From the NCBI GenBank assembly GCA_022709405.1, contig JAKLIV010000002.1:5700-69699 (forward strand): a DNA stretch of 64,000 nt. Reading direction: 5' to 3'. Below are positions 9,683 to 19,189 of this stretch, one piece after another. Made by a program: the position numbers and the translations under genes. The stretch comes from Spirochaetota bacterium (lineage in GTDB: Bacteria > Spirochaetota > UBA4802 > UBA5550). The notes under the pieces are model-generated. The model ran no database searches. It had not been told where the DNA came from and saw only the letters and a program-made list of their open reading frames with translations. The first letter of the stretch is position 1. Each line of letters begins with the position of its first letter.

Positions 9683-10387
9683 ATGACCATCGACCGAACC
9701 GCAATCATTAGCCCTGACGCCACGCGGGAGATGCTGGATTCCCTCGTGAAATTCGACATCAGGCCGGTTATAATCCCCCGGTGCCCGGGCGTCGCGCCGC
9801 CGCTTCTCGGCCACCCTGACCTCCAGGTGTTCGTGCTCGGCCGCACCGTCTACTGCCACCGGAACATCGATGCCGGATTTCTGAAGAGTCTCGGGAGTTT
9901 CGCCGATACCGTCATCTGCCCGACCGAGCTCGGCCCTGAATACCCGGCGGACTGCTCTTTCAACATTGCGCTGGCCGGCAATTGCGCCTTCCACCGGGCC
10001 GACATCACCGACCCTGTGGTTCGAAGCGCGCTTGACAAAGCTTCAGTGCGCATGCTCGACGTGCGCCAGGGCTACTCCAGGTGCTCAACGGTGATCGTCA
10101 GTAAAAGCGCGATCATCACCGCGGACGCAGGAATTCACCGCAGGGCCGAAGAAAACGGACTGTCATCGCTGCTTGTTGTTCCAGGCCATGTGCGCCTGCC
10201 GGGGTACGAACATGGATTTCTCGGCGGCGCATCCGGGTCCACTGGAGACACGGTTTTCTTCACCGGCTCGCTCGACCGCCATCCTGACCGGGATGCAGTC
10301 ATAGCTTTCATCATGCAATCAGGGAAAAGGGCTGCCTTTCTGTCTCGTGGTCCTCTTGTCGATCTCGGTTCGATACTTTTTCTATGA
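9683..10387 (+). CDS. conserved hypothetical protein (function unknown)
   Basis: ATG at 9683 with upstream aggggg. About 234 aa, MTIDRTAIISPDATREML...GHPDLQVF...GFLGGASGSTGD. It reads as a real globular protein. It is divergent from proS. It is in frame with the 3' part of the spurious long ORF 8288-10387. Confidence 0.4.
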   Translation: MTIDRTAIISPDATREMLDSLVKFDIRPVIIPRCPGVAPPLLGHPDLQVFVLGRTVYCHRNIDAGFLKSLGSFADTVICPTELGPEYPADCSFNIALAGNCAFHRADITDPVVRSALDKASVRMLDVRQGYSRCSTVIVSKSAIITADAGIHRRAEENGLSSLLVVPGHVRLPGYEHGFLGGASGSTGDTVFFTGSLDRHPDRDAVIAFIMQSGKRAAFLSRGPLVDLGSILFL

Positions 10388-10476
10388 AACCGCATTTTTT
10401 AGACGCCATAATCCCGGTTCCACTCATCCCATATTTTCATTGACAGGGTAAAAGTTTCCATGGCAATACGTGAAGC

Positions 10477-11289
10477 ATGAACCGGCTTCCCGAAAATTAT
10501 TACTCGATCATGACCCACCGTTCAGAGCTGGTCCTGGGCAAAGAAGCGATGGACAGACTGGCCAGCACACAGGTCATCGTTTTCGGCCTGGGAGGCGTCG
10601 GAAGCTGGTGCGCCGAGGCGCTGGTGCGCACCGGAATTCGGCACATAACCTTAGTCGACTACGACATTATCTGCCCGACCAACATCAACCGGCAGGTACA
10701 GGCCACATCAGCAAATACCGGTATGCCCAAGGCCGATGTGCTGAAAAAACGCCTGCTCGAAATAAATCCCGGCCTCGACGTGAGTGCAATCGGTATTTCC
10801 TATGATGTTCAATCCTATGATAAGTTCGACTTGTCCGAATATGACTATGTGATCGACGCCATAGACAGCATACAGAGCAAGCTTCACCTGATCGAAGAAT
10901 GCATAACAAAAAAAATAACGGTATTCTCCTCAATGGGGGCAGGCGCCAAGACCGATCCCTCGAGGATCAGGACCGAGCTGCTGTCGAACACTCATACCTG
11001 CCCGCTGGCGCGGCTTGTGCGTACCGGCCTGCGTAAAAAAAACGTATCAACCGATATCATGTGCGTTTTCAGCGATGAATCGCCGATAGCTCCGGCCTGT
11101 GCAGATATCGCTGATGCTGACCCGGCCTCGCCCGATACCATGATTGAGGAGCCAGTCCCCTGCGGCGGTTCCGAATCCCCCCACAGCCCTGTAAGAAATA
11201 AACGGGTGAACGGCTCACTTGTTCACATTACCGGAATTTTCGGATTCATGCTTGCAGGCCTCGTGATCCGTGATATAATAAAAAAGTGA
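10477..11289 (+). CDS. tcdA: tRNA threonylcarbamoyladenosine dehydratase (ThiF/MoeB-family E1-like)
   Basis: 270 aa. VFGLGGVGSWCAEALVRTGI...TLVDYD...NRQ...YVIDAIDS, collinear with E. coli TcdA/CsdL. Confidence 0.8.
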   Translation: MNRLPENYYSIMTHRSELVLGKEAMDRLASTQVIVFGLGGVGSWCAEALVRTGIRHITLVDYDIICPTNINRQVQATSANTGMPKADVLKKRLLEINPGLDVSAIGISYDVQSYDKFDLSEYDYVIDAIDSIQSKLHLIEECITKKITVFSSMGAGAKTDPSRIRTELLSNTHTCPLARLVRTGLRKKNVSTDIMCVFSDESPIAPACADIADADPASPDTMIEEPVPCGGSESPHSPVRNKRVNGSLVHITGIFGFMLAGLVIRDIIKK

Positions 11290-11400
11290 TATTTCTCACA
11301 AAGAACCCATCAAGATTCTGATTATTTGCTTGTCATTTCCCTGTACTTTCTGTAGATTATTCTGATAAAAATTTCCATACTCCATAAAAGAGGTTTTGCC

Positions 11401-11922
11401 ATGAGAAAAGAAGAACTGGACATCACCATAAAAGAACTTCGTAAAGGCAAAAGACTGGCCATGGCCATCATCCAGGAACTCGAAAAAAGCGGCGCAACCG
11501 ATAAACTCGACATACTGGACAAGCTCGATGCGCTCCCGCCGCTGCCGACCGACAATGACACCTGGGACCTCAAGGATTTCAAAGAGACGAAGGATGTTTA
11601 CAAACGCCTTTACACCCTTGCCGCCCGTTCGATCATGGAAATCATCAACACGAATTTCATGCATGGCAGGCATGACCCTGACAAATCCTTCAATTACGCG
11701 GACCCGATCGAGCCCCTTAAGGCTGCGAAAAAAATCGGCTTTCTTCCCAAGGCGTATATGGGAGGCCCCATAAAAGCGGCGATCACCAGCCCTTACAACG
11801 AGGTAAACAAGGTGGCGGTCCAGTTCTATGACATACTGCCCCAGGACATGAAGTACTCGGAATCCTTCCCCGACATAATGCGGAAAAAAATCAGGTCGAT
11901 TAAGCAGGGAAGCGCTGGCTGA
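11401..11922 (+). CDS. hypothetical protein
   Basis: 173 aa with RBS aaaagagg. Balanced composition. Preferred over the overlapping Arg-rich antisense ORF 11296-11964. Confidence 0.4.
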   Translation: MRKEELDITIKELRKGKRLAMAIIQELEKSGATDKLDILDKLDALPPLPTDNDTWDLKDFKETKDVYKRLYTLAARSIMEIINTNFMHGRHDPDKSFNYADPIEPLKAAKKIGFLPKAYMGGPIKAAITSPYNEVNKVAVQFYDILPQDMKYSESFPDIMRKKIRSIKQGSAG

Positions 11923-12138
11923 CCGGCCTCGAACAAGCATTCGGATCAGCTCATTGCAATCCATGGCGCCCGCCGCTTCAGCGGGCGCAGCATTAAAAAT
12001 TCACCCGCCATGCCAGACGTTTCAATAAATCAATAGACATCCCGTCGCCGGTTATTTAGTATGGCCATGTCCGTATAACGGCGATTATGATATTCTCAGC
12101 CATGGCGCGTCTATTCCGCCGGCTGCAATGCAACGGCC

Positions 12139-13932
12139 ATGATCAACAGGGACCTTCTCCATACCCTGAAACAGTTCGCTCTTTACCGTCTCGACAGGAA
12201 AGGCGGAGACATTCCCTTTTTTAAATCCATAGCACGTCTTCTCCTGTTCAGACTTACCTGGAAAAAACGAAACATCGACTATTCCCCTTCCGGTCTCGAC
12301 TGCGATAAATTCAAGTCAGCGAGAAAGGCGGTCGCGATGATTCCCGACGGCTCGACGGTTTTCACGACCGGCATAGCGGCCAATTCCCGGTGCTCGATAT
12401 TTTACTGGGCCATACGTGAACGTTTCATGAAAACCGCATCTCCCCGGGGTATCACGCTGGTCGCCCTCGGAGGCGTCGGAGGCAGAGGAAAGGCTCCCGG
12501 CACCATCGAGGAGCTGGGCGTCCCCGGACTGGTTGACCGGCACATAAGCGCGCACCTGGAAACCCATAAATCCCTGCTCATGATGGCCGACCGGGGATTG
12601 ATCGAGCTCCATACGATGCCCATGGGTGTGCTCGCATTTCTCGTCGAGGCGCAGGGCCGCGGCGTGCGCTCGATAAAAACAGGCGTCGGGACCGGCACCT
12701 TCGTTGATCCGAGGTCCGGCCCCGGCACCATCATGACATTGCCGAATCCCGGCTCCCTGCCTTCGCTGTCAAGACCGTCAGGCAAGCTCCTGAAATACTC
12801 GCTTCCCACGATCGATGTCGCCTGTTTCTGCGCTCCATACGCCGACAGGGAGGGCAACATATACTTCAAAAACGCCGCGGTCATTACCGACAACCTCGAC
12901 GGTGTCCGTGCAGCCAAAGCCGCCGGGGGGATTGCGCTTGCAACCGTGAGCGGCATCATCGAGAAAGATGAAAAATCCATATCCATCCCCGCCTCGATGA
13001 TCGACGCCGTCGTCGTCAACCCCAGAAACGAGCAGACCGGAGGAGTGCTGCAGACGAATTACTATCCCATGTTCACGCAGGGGGCGAGCGCCGATATCAA
13101 GGAGGCGTATCTCATCATCAAGCTGATCAATCTTTTCATGGGGATCACTCCACAACGGGGAAAAACCGAGTCGACGATCGCCCGAATGGCGGCTTCGCTT
13201 TTTGTCGAGGAGGCGAGGCCCGGAGCGGTCGTCAACATCGGCGTGGGGCTCCCCGAGGAAGTGAGCCGTCTCCTCTTTGAAAGCGGCCTGTACAACGACC
13301 TCGTTTTCACGACAGAAAGCGGCATATACAACGGCCTACCCACCTCGGGGATCTATTTCGGGGCAGGGATCAACCCTGAAAGGATAATCAGCTCCTCGGC
13401 CATGTTCCACCTGTACGAAAAGGAGCTTGACATTGCGGTGCTCGGCTTTCTGCAGGTCGATTCGAAAGGGAACGTCAACGTATCGCGTAAGAGCGGGTCG
13501 CTTGCGGACTATGTCGGTCCCGGAGGATTTCCGAATATCACCTCATGCGCGAAGACAATCATTTTCGTCGGCAACTGGATGGACGGAGCGAAGTATTCGC
13601 TCAGGGGCGGATTATTGAAAATAAAAAAGCCCGGCATCGGTAAATTCGTCAGCAAAGTCGATGAGATCACGTTCAATGCCGACGCGGCACTCCGCGATGG
13701 GAAGAACGTCTACTACGTGACCACGATCGGGATATTCAGGCTGACCGTAAAGGGACTCGAACTGATTGAAATCATGCCGGGAATCTCGACCGACGATATC
13801 CGCACGACATGCGGCTCGGATATCGTCATCCCAGCCTGGGATTTTATTCCGAAGGTGCGCCCCGAAACGGTGTCAGGTAGGGGATTCTCGCTTCAATGGA
13901 AAATCGATTCAATGAAGATGACCCCCAATTGA
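12139..13932 (+). CDS. fused two-domain family-I CoA-transferase (3-oxoacid/acetate CoA-transferase, YdiF-like)
   Basis: 597 aa. ...KFKSARKAVAMIPDGSTVFTTG..., GGVGGRG and SESGIYNG motifs resemble the A and B subunits of 3-oxoacid CoA-transferases. Exact start uncertain. Confidence 0.5.
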   Translation: MINRDLLHTLKQFALYRLDRKGGDIPFFKSIARLLLFRLTWKKRNIDYSPSGLDCDKFKSARKAVAMIPDGSTVFTTGIAANSRCSIFYWAIRERFMKTASPRGITLVALGGVGGRGKAPGTIEELGVPGLVDRHISAHLETHKSLLMMADRGLIELHTMPMGVLAFLVEAQGRGVRSIKTGVGTGTFVDPRSGPGTIMTLPNPGSLPSLSRPSGKLLKYSLPTIDVACFCAPYADREGNIYFKNAAVITDNLDGVRAAKAAGGIALATVSGIIEKDEKSISIPASMIDAVVVNPRNEQTGGVLQTNYYPMFTQGASADIKEAYLIIKLINLFMGITPQRGKTESTIARMAASLFVEEARPGAVVNIGVGLPEEVSRLLFESGLYNDLVFTTESGIYNGLPTSGIYFGAGINPERIISSSAMFHLYEKELDIAVLGFLQVDSKGNVNVSRKSGSLADYVGPGGFPNITSCAKTIIFVGNWMDGAKYSLRGGLLKIKKPGIGKFVSKVDEITFNADAALRDGKNVYYVTTIGIFRLTVKGLELIEIMPGISTDDIRTTCGSDIVIPAWDFIPKVRPETVSGRGFSLQWKIDSMKMTPN

Positions 13933-13944
13933 CCGGAGGAGTTT

Positions 13945-15093
13945 CTAACTTCTCAGCTTTCCCCCCAGTTTCGCATAGGCATCAGCCGCCTCCCGGACCG
14001 TGCGCTCGACCACCTGCCTTACCGCAGGAGTATCGCGGATGATCCCGGTGATCTGGCCCAGGGCGAGAACGCCCTTCTCGTTATCTCCGTCCATGGTGCC
14101 GGTCTTGAAAGCGCCGAAACCGACCGCCATTCTCGACATCTGCTTCATGGTCCTGAACATTTTTCTTGCGGCTTCGAATGAAACGGCTTTCTTTTTATTC
14201 CGGCCAGCCGACAGAGCCTGCTTTTTATCCCGTGAAGGGTCTGGAGCGGCAGTTTTCTTCTTCGGCGCGGGAGAGATCATTCCCCCGATTATTGATGACA
14301 TCGATAGCCCGATCTCTTTCGTGATCGACCTGGCCCTGTACGCCGCCACGAAGGGATTGAAGCGTTTTTTCATCAGGCGGCGCAGTCCTGGTGAATCCAT
14401 CATTCGCGCGTTCATCCCGTCGACCCTGTCGGTATAGATCGTGTCGAAGGCGCTCTTATCCACGCTCATTTTTTTCTGTGCTTCATGGACCGGGCTTTCA
14501 ACCGTGTTCATGAGTCGCGTTCCCATCGCCACTGCGTCCGCCCCGAGCGCCAGCGCAGCAGCCAGGCCACGGCCGTCAGCGAACCCGCCTGCCGCGATAA
14601 GGGGGATGTCGACCGCATCAGCGATTGTCGGAATAAGAACCATAGAGGTAACCGCGCCGCCATGGGCCGCTGCCTCATGGCCGGTCACTATCAGGGCGTC
14701 GGCTCCTTCTTTCTGCGCGGCGAGCGCGTGCTTCAGCGTCGTCACCGTCGCTATGACCTTGCCGCCGTAAGCATGCACTGCGTCTGCTATCCATCCCCCC
14801 TTGCCGAGGGAATAGTTGATCACCGGTACTTTCAGGTCGATTAGGACTTCTGCGTTTTTTTCCGAACCGGGAAAATACAGGGTAACGTTTGCCGCGAACG
14901 GCTTTTTAGTCAACTCCCTCACCCGGGTAACGGACCTGACTGTTTCTTCAGGAGAAAGAATGCCGGTGGCGAGAATACCGATTCCCCCGGCGTTCGATAC
15001 GGCAGCAACGAGTTCAGGGGTGCTGATCCAGCTCATTCCTGAAAGGACAATGGGATATTTGATTTTTAAAAGTTCGGTAATGCGTGTTTTCAT
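13945..15093 (-). CDS. NAD(P)H-dependent flavin oxidoreductase of the nitronate monooxygenase/FabK family, with a lysine-rich insertion
   Basis: Likely start MKTRITELLKIKYPIVLSGMSWIS at 15093 with RBS gagga. TIM-barrel NMO motifs (GGIGILATG, AAGGFADGRGL). A roughly 45-aa K-rich insert (PAPKKKTAAPDPSRDKKQALSAGRNKKKAV) lies near the C-terminus. The ORF track's upstream extension to 15159 is probably not translated. Confidence 0.65.
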   Translation of the reverse strand: MKTRITELLKIKYPIVLSGMSWISTPELVAAVSNAGGIGILATGILSPEETVRSVTRVRELTKKPFAANVTLYFPGSEKNAEVLIDLKVPVINYSLGKGGWIADAVHAYGGKVIATVTTLKHALAAQKEGADALIVTGHEAAAHGGAVTSMVLIPTIADAVDIPLIAAGGFADGRGLAAALALGADAVAMGTRLMNTVESPVHEAQKKMSVDKSAFDTIYTDRVDGMNARMMDSPGLRRLMKKRFNPFVAAYRARSITKEIGLSMSSIIGGMISPAPKKKTAAPDPSRDKKQALSAGRNKKKAVSFEAARKMFRTMKQMSRMAVGFGAFKTGTMDGDNEKGVLALGQITGIIRDTPAVRQVVERTVREAADAYAKLGGKLRS

Positions 15094-15107
15094 TGTAATC
15101 CTCATTA

Positions 15108-15125
15108 AATTAGACTGACATGTCA
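15108..15125. promoter_or_regulatory. perfect 14-bp palindrome ACTGACATGTCAGT, 15 bp upstream of the NMO-like gene start; candidate operator
   Basis: aaactgacatgtcagttt sits in the short leader between the -10 region and the ATG. Confidence 0.35.
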
Positions 15126-15228
15126 GTTTATTATTTTTACAAGCATGACTGTCAAGCAAATATTATTAATTTACTCTGAGCAATATACATCATCCAGGCA
15201 GCAATTATATCTTTGTAGATAACTTTTC

Positions 15229-15966
15229 ATGCTTGATTTGTGCTTTCACAAAAATGATTATTATTATAAGGATCATCCTGAATCCGATTCTTTTAAAAAC
15301 CGGAGAAGCATCCTGATAACATTATTAATGAGCATTGATGAGATACTGAGCTATCTCGAAAACAAATCGGAGCCTGTAATGGAAGCCGATCTGCTGAAAA
15401 AATCATTCGGCCTTGACCGGCTGCCCATAGGAGCGGAAAGTCTGTTCGATATTCATTTCGCCCTGTACCATCGGCTGTACCTAGCCCGGAGACCCCTTGC
15501 CCTTAGAGGGATGTACCTGCATCTTGACCCTATGAGAATAAGGCTCGTCCGCTATCCTGCCATGGGCAGATGCTTTCACTACTTCCCGGAGAGCGGCGCA
15601 TTCTGCGGAAGCGGATGCAGCGGCGTCTACTGTCCTGATCACGAAGACCTGTATCGGGATGACAGGGCCCGGCCGAGCATAGACATGCTCGGAGATTTTT
15701 ATATTAATGAAGAAAATATATCATTCGGGAAGTGCGGTCTGCTGGAAAAACTGATGAACGGCATCGTAATCTATGCCTTTAAAAAAGGCGAAATCGACAA
15801 TGCACTGAACATCTTCGGCCTTACAAAGCCATCGGCCAGAACCATTGCCAGTACCTATCATTTTCTGGCGCGAAAATATCATCCCGACCTCCACGACGGC
15901 GACGACAACAAAATGAAGGAGATCAACCGCGCATACCAGGTATTACGCGAGGTATTCATCATATGA
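15229..15966 (+). CDS. J-domain (DnaJ-like) protein with Cys-rich central region; start uncertain
   Basis: C-terminal KYHPDLHDGDDNKMKEINRAYQVL is a J-domain with the HPD motif. CFHYFPESGAFCGSGCSGVYCPDH looks like a Zn-binding cluster. Alternative starts at 15328 and 15379. Confidence 0.5.
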   Translation: MLDLCFHKNDYYYKDHPESDSFKNRRSILITLLMSIDEILSYLENKSEPVMEADLLKKSFGLDRLPIGAESLFDIHFALYHRLYLARRPLALRGMYLHLDPMRIRLVRYPAMGRCFHYFPESGAFCGSGCSGVYCPDHEDLYRDDRARPSIDMLGDFYINEENISFGKCGLLEKLMNGIVIYAFKKGEIDNALNIFGLTKPSARTIASTYHFLARKYHPDLHDGDDNKMKEINRAYQVLREVFII

Positions 15967-16102
15967 ATCGAGCATCCATCATTCACAGCCTTTATTCGCC
16001 GAATTTCAGGCCTTTAATCAAACCGTAAAAATGATTTGACTACCTGGCCCGATTTTCATAAAATCCGCCAACTCATGACCACAAGGCCCCAGGGTTGTTA
16101 TT

Positions 16103-17476
16103 ATGCATAAAACCACGTTGAAAATCGGGTTCCGCAGCATCAGGGAATCCATGCATCCCCTCCAGAAAGTGATCCTGAGCTTCATTGCACTCATTCTTGC
16201 CGGATCAGGACTTCTCATGATACCGATATCGACGACTCATGGGATATCCTTCGTCGATGCGCTCTTCACCTCCACCTCGGCGGTGTGCGTGACCGGCCTG
16301 ACGGTCCTCGACACCGCGAACGACTTCACGCTTTTCGGCAAAATCGTCATCGTGCTGCTCATCCAGTTCGGCGGCCTCGGCATCATGACCTTCTCGATAG
16401 CGATCCTCTCGTTCATGGGCGGCAATTACTCGATGAAATGGAGGTTCACCTTCGAGAGCATGTACAGCGAAGGTAACCGGATACCGATACGTTCCCTGCT
16501 CAAACGCATTCTTCTTTACACGGCTTTCATCGAACTTGCAACAGCATGCGTGCTTTTCACACGCTTCATCCGGAAGTTTCCTCCTGTCGATGCCATCGGC
16601 CACGCTCTTTTCCATTCGGTGTCGGCCTTCTGCAATGCGGGGTTTTCGACCTTTTCTGACAACCTCATGGGATACAGCTCGGATTACATCGTAACCGGGG
16701 CGGTAAGCCTTGACGTGATCCTGGGAGGCCTCGGGTTCCTTGTCCTCAGCGAGATGGCCCGTACAAGGCATAATAAGGGTAAAAACCTATTCATGCAGTA
16801 TTCGCTCCACACCCGGATTGTCCTGATCATGACCGCAGTCCTTCTGGTTTACGGCACCCTGACCATTCTGGCGCTCGAATGGAACTACGTACTAAGAGAC
16901 TTCACCGTGGCCGAAAAAATAATGAACGCATTCTTCCAGTCGATGACATGCCGCACCGCCGGGTTCAACACGATCGATATTGGCGCGCTCAGGGGAAGCA
17001 CGCTGTTTGCCATGGTCAGCCTCATGTTCATCGGCGGCTCGCCCGGATCAATCGCCGGCGGCGTCAAGACAACCACGATCGCGGTGGTTCTGGGCGTCGT
17101 CATTTCAAGGATTTCGAAAAAAAGCCAGGTCGTGTTCTGGGAGCGCGCCCTTGACAGCGACACCATCAACGGCAGCATGACCCTGATCATCCTGGCGGGT
17201 CTATTCGTTTCGTTCGCGACTTTTGTGCTGCTATTCACCTACTCGTTCGACATCCACCATACGTTCATCACCGGCCTTTTCGAAGTAACCTCGGCGTTCG
17301 GCACCGTGGGCCTCTCCACAGGCATTACAGCCAAACTTCATGATCTCGGCAAGCTTCTGCTCGTGGTGGTCATGTTCGTGGGCAGGCTCGGGCCTTTTGC
17401 CCTCATCGCGGGCCTGACCACCGGCAGGTCGGAGCAGCATCTCGAATATCCCGAAGAGCACATCATGATCGGATAG
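16103..17476 (+). CDS. ktrB: Ktr/Trk-family potassium transporter membrane subunit
   Basis: 457 aa. Repeated MPM motifs with GLGIMTF and selectivity-filter glycines. Confidence 0.85.
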   Translation: MHKTTLKIGFRSIRESMHPLQKVILSFIALILAGSGLLMIPISTTHGISFVDALFTSTSAVCVTGLTVLDTANDFTLFGKIVIVLLIQFGGLGIMTFSIAILSFMGGNYSMKWRFTFESMYSEGNRIPIRSLLKRILLYTAFIELATACVLFTRFIRKFPPVDAIGHALFHSVSAFCNAGFSTFSDNLMGYSSDYIVTGAVSLDVILGGLGFLVLSEMARTRHNKGKNLFMQYSLHTRIVLIMTAVLLVYGTLTILALEWNYVLRDFTVAEKIMNAFFQSMTCRTAGFNTIDIGALRGSTLFAMVSLMFIGGSPGSIAGGVKTTTIAVVLGVVISRISKKSQVVFWERALDSDTINGSMTLIILAGLFVSFATFVLLFTYSFDIHHTFITGLFEVTSAFGTVGLSTGITAKLHDLGKLLLVVVMFVGRLGPFALIAGLTTGRSEQHLEYPEEHIMIG

Positions 17477-17486
17477 GAGACCAACC

Positions 17487-18164
17487 ATGAAAAAATTCAT
17501 CGTCATCGGCCTGGGGAATTTCGGCCTCAACCTTGCAAAGACGCTGATCGAAAACGGATGCGAGGTACTGGGCATCGACAGCGACCGGGACACAGTCCAG
17601 CGGGCCAAAGACATCATCACCCATGCCGTAATCGGCAACGCGACGAATAAATCCGTACTGCATTCGCTGCCCATAAAGGATTTCGACGGCGCGATCGTGA
17701 GCATAGGCCAGGAATTGACGGCGAGCATCCTCATTTCCCTGTACCTCAAGGAAATGGGCATCTCCCGTATCGTCGTTCGCGCGATTTCCGAGGATCATGA
17801 AAAGATTTTGAAAATGCAGGGGATTTCGGACATCCTGTTCCCGGAAAGGGACATGGCCATGCGCTTCGGAACAATTCTCGCCAGGAAAAACGTAATCGAC
17901 TATCTTCCCCTGACCGGCGATTACGTGATCATGGACGTATCGCCGCCTCCGGGCTTCATCAATAAGAGCATCAGGCAGCTCATGATCGGTTCCAGGTTTT
18001 CCTGCCAGATTCTGGGCATACGCTACGGAGCCGAGGCAGGCGGGAAACCGGCTGAAGGTGAAATCAAAATAGCGCCATCTGCGGACGATATCATTCTTCC
18101 CGGTACGGTAATGATCATGCTCGGCCGCGAATCCGACATCGACCGAATCCAGAAGGAAGGCTGA
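17487..18164 (+). CDS. ktrA: Ktr/Trk system NAD-binding RCK regulatory subunit
   Basis: MKKFIVIGLGNFGLNLAKTL Rossmann motif. 10 bp downstream of ktrB. Confidence 0.85.
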   Translation: MKKFIVIGLGNFGLNLAKTLIENGCEVLGIDSDRDTVQRAKDIITHAVIGNATNKSVLHSLPIKDFDGAIVSIGQELTASILISLYLKEMGISRIVVRAISEDHEKILKMQGISDILFPERDMAMRFGTILARKNVIDYLPLTGDYVIMDVSPPPGFINKSIRQLMIGSRFSCQILGIRYGAEAGGKPAEGEIKIAPSADDIILPGTVMIMLGRESDIDRIQKEG

Positions 18165-19118
18165 TTAAAGGTCTATTTCGAGGCCCTCGTGGGCGATATC
18201 GACCCGGAGTTTCCCGACATGGCGGTTGAAGCTCATGTAGGTCCTGGCGTTGGCCAGGACATTGTCGAGTTTGATGTCGTTGTAGTCAGGGTCATGGTGG
18301 AACAGGATGAGCCGTTTGATGTTGAATTTGACGGCGATATCGATCGCTATTGACGCAGAGGAATGCCCGTAATCCATCTTGTCGATCGATTCCTCGAAGG
18401 TGTACTGAGTGTCGAACACGGCCACATCGGCATTGAGAAAGAATTCCCGGTACGTGTCGATCAGGTCGATATGATCGATGTTGAACTCGCAGTCCGTGGT
18501 GTAAACGAACACTTTCCCGTTCTCTTCCAGCCGGTATCCGAACGCCCCCCCGGGATGCGGCATGCGCTTGTTTATGATCCTCGTATTGTTCAGCACGAAT
18601 TCCTCCTCGTGCTCCAGCCGGTAGAACTTTTTCTCGGCCGGCATGTAATCCAGCGTGACCGGGAAATGTGTCGGCACCTGCTGGTAATCCAGGCGCTCCT
18701 TGATGTCGTCGAACGGAGAGAAGATATTGAAACAGTTGCCCTTTATATAGAATGGCAGAAAAAAAGGAACACCCTGGATATGGTCCCAGTGCGTATGAGT
18801 GAGAAAAATATATCCCAGGCCCCTGCCCTTGCCGAAGTCCCCCTTCATGAGCTCACGGCCGAGATTCCTGATGCCGCTGCCGGCATCGATGATTATTTCA
18901 TCCGAGGTATCCGTCACCACTTCAATGCAGGTAGAATTGCCGCCATAGGTGCTGCGCACCGAAAATGGAAGTGTCCTGATATACGATTCGACCGCTTCTG
19001 GCGAGGAGATGTCCCCTGGCTTCGCCATTGAAAGAGCGGCGCGTATTTTATCCTCGACGATCGCGCCTGAAATCGGAGTCGGGATCGAACCTCTGACTCC
19101 CCAAAATTTAATTTTCAT
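18165..19118 (-). CDS. MBL-fold metallo-hydrolase (PhnP/RNase-BN-like)
   Basis: 317 aa. HTHWDHIQG metal-binding motif. Convergent with ktrA, and the stops abut. Confidence 0.7.
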   Translation of the reverse strand: MKIKFWGVRGSIPTPISGAIVEDKIRAALSMAKPGDISSPEAVESYIRTLPFSVRSTYGGNSTCIEVVTDTSDEIIIDAGSGIRNLGRELMKGDFGKGRGLGYIFLTHTHWDHIQGVPFFLPFYIKGNCFNIFSPFDDIKERLDYQQVPTHFPVTLDYMPAEKKFYRLEHEEEFVLNNTRIINKRMPHPGGAFGYRLEENGKVFVYTTDCEFNIDHIDLIDTYREFFLNADVAVFDTQYTFEESIDKMDYGHSSASIAIDIAVKFNIKRLILFHHDPDYNDIKLDNVLANARTYMSFNRHVGKLRVDIAHEGLEIDL

Positions 19119-19189
19119 CGAACATCACCGTTTTTTCCAATCTTGTTATTATTCGGGATAAACAACATCAGGCAGGTTCATCAATAATT

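Noticed and set aside
8288-10387. 699-aa ORF on the plus strand
   Set aside because: It is antisense to the strongly supported proS for most of its length. It is Ser/Thr/Pro-rich low complexity typical of GC-rich antisense frames. Only its last 234 codons (9683-10387) look like a real gene.
11296-11964. 222-aa minus-strand ORF overlapping 11401-11922
   Set aside because: It is Arg-rich with antisense-like composition and has no RBS. The plus-strand ORF has an RBS and protein-like composition. Neither has recognisable homology, so this is a weak rejection.
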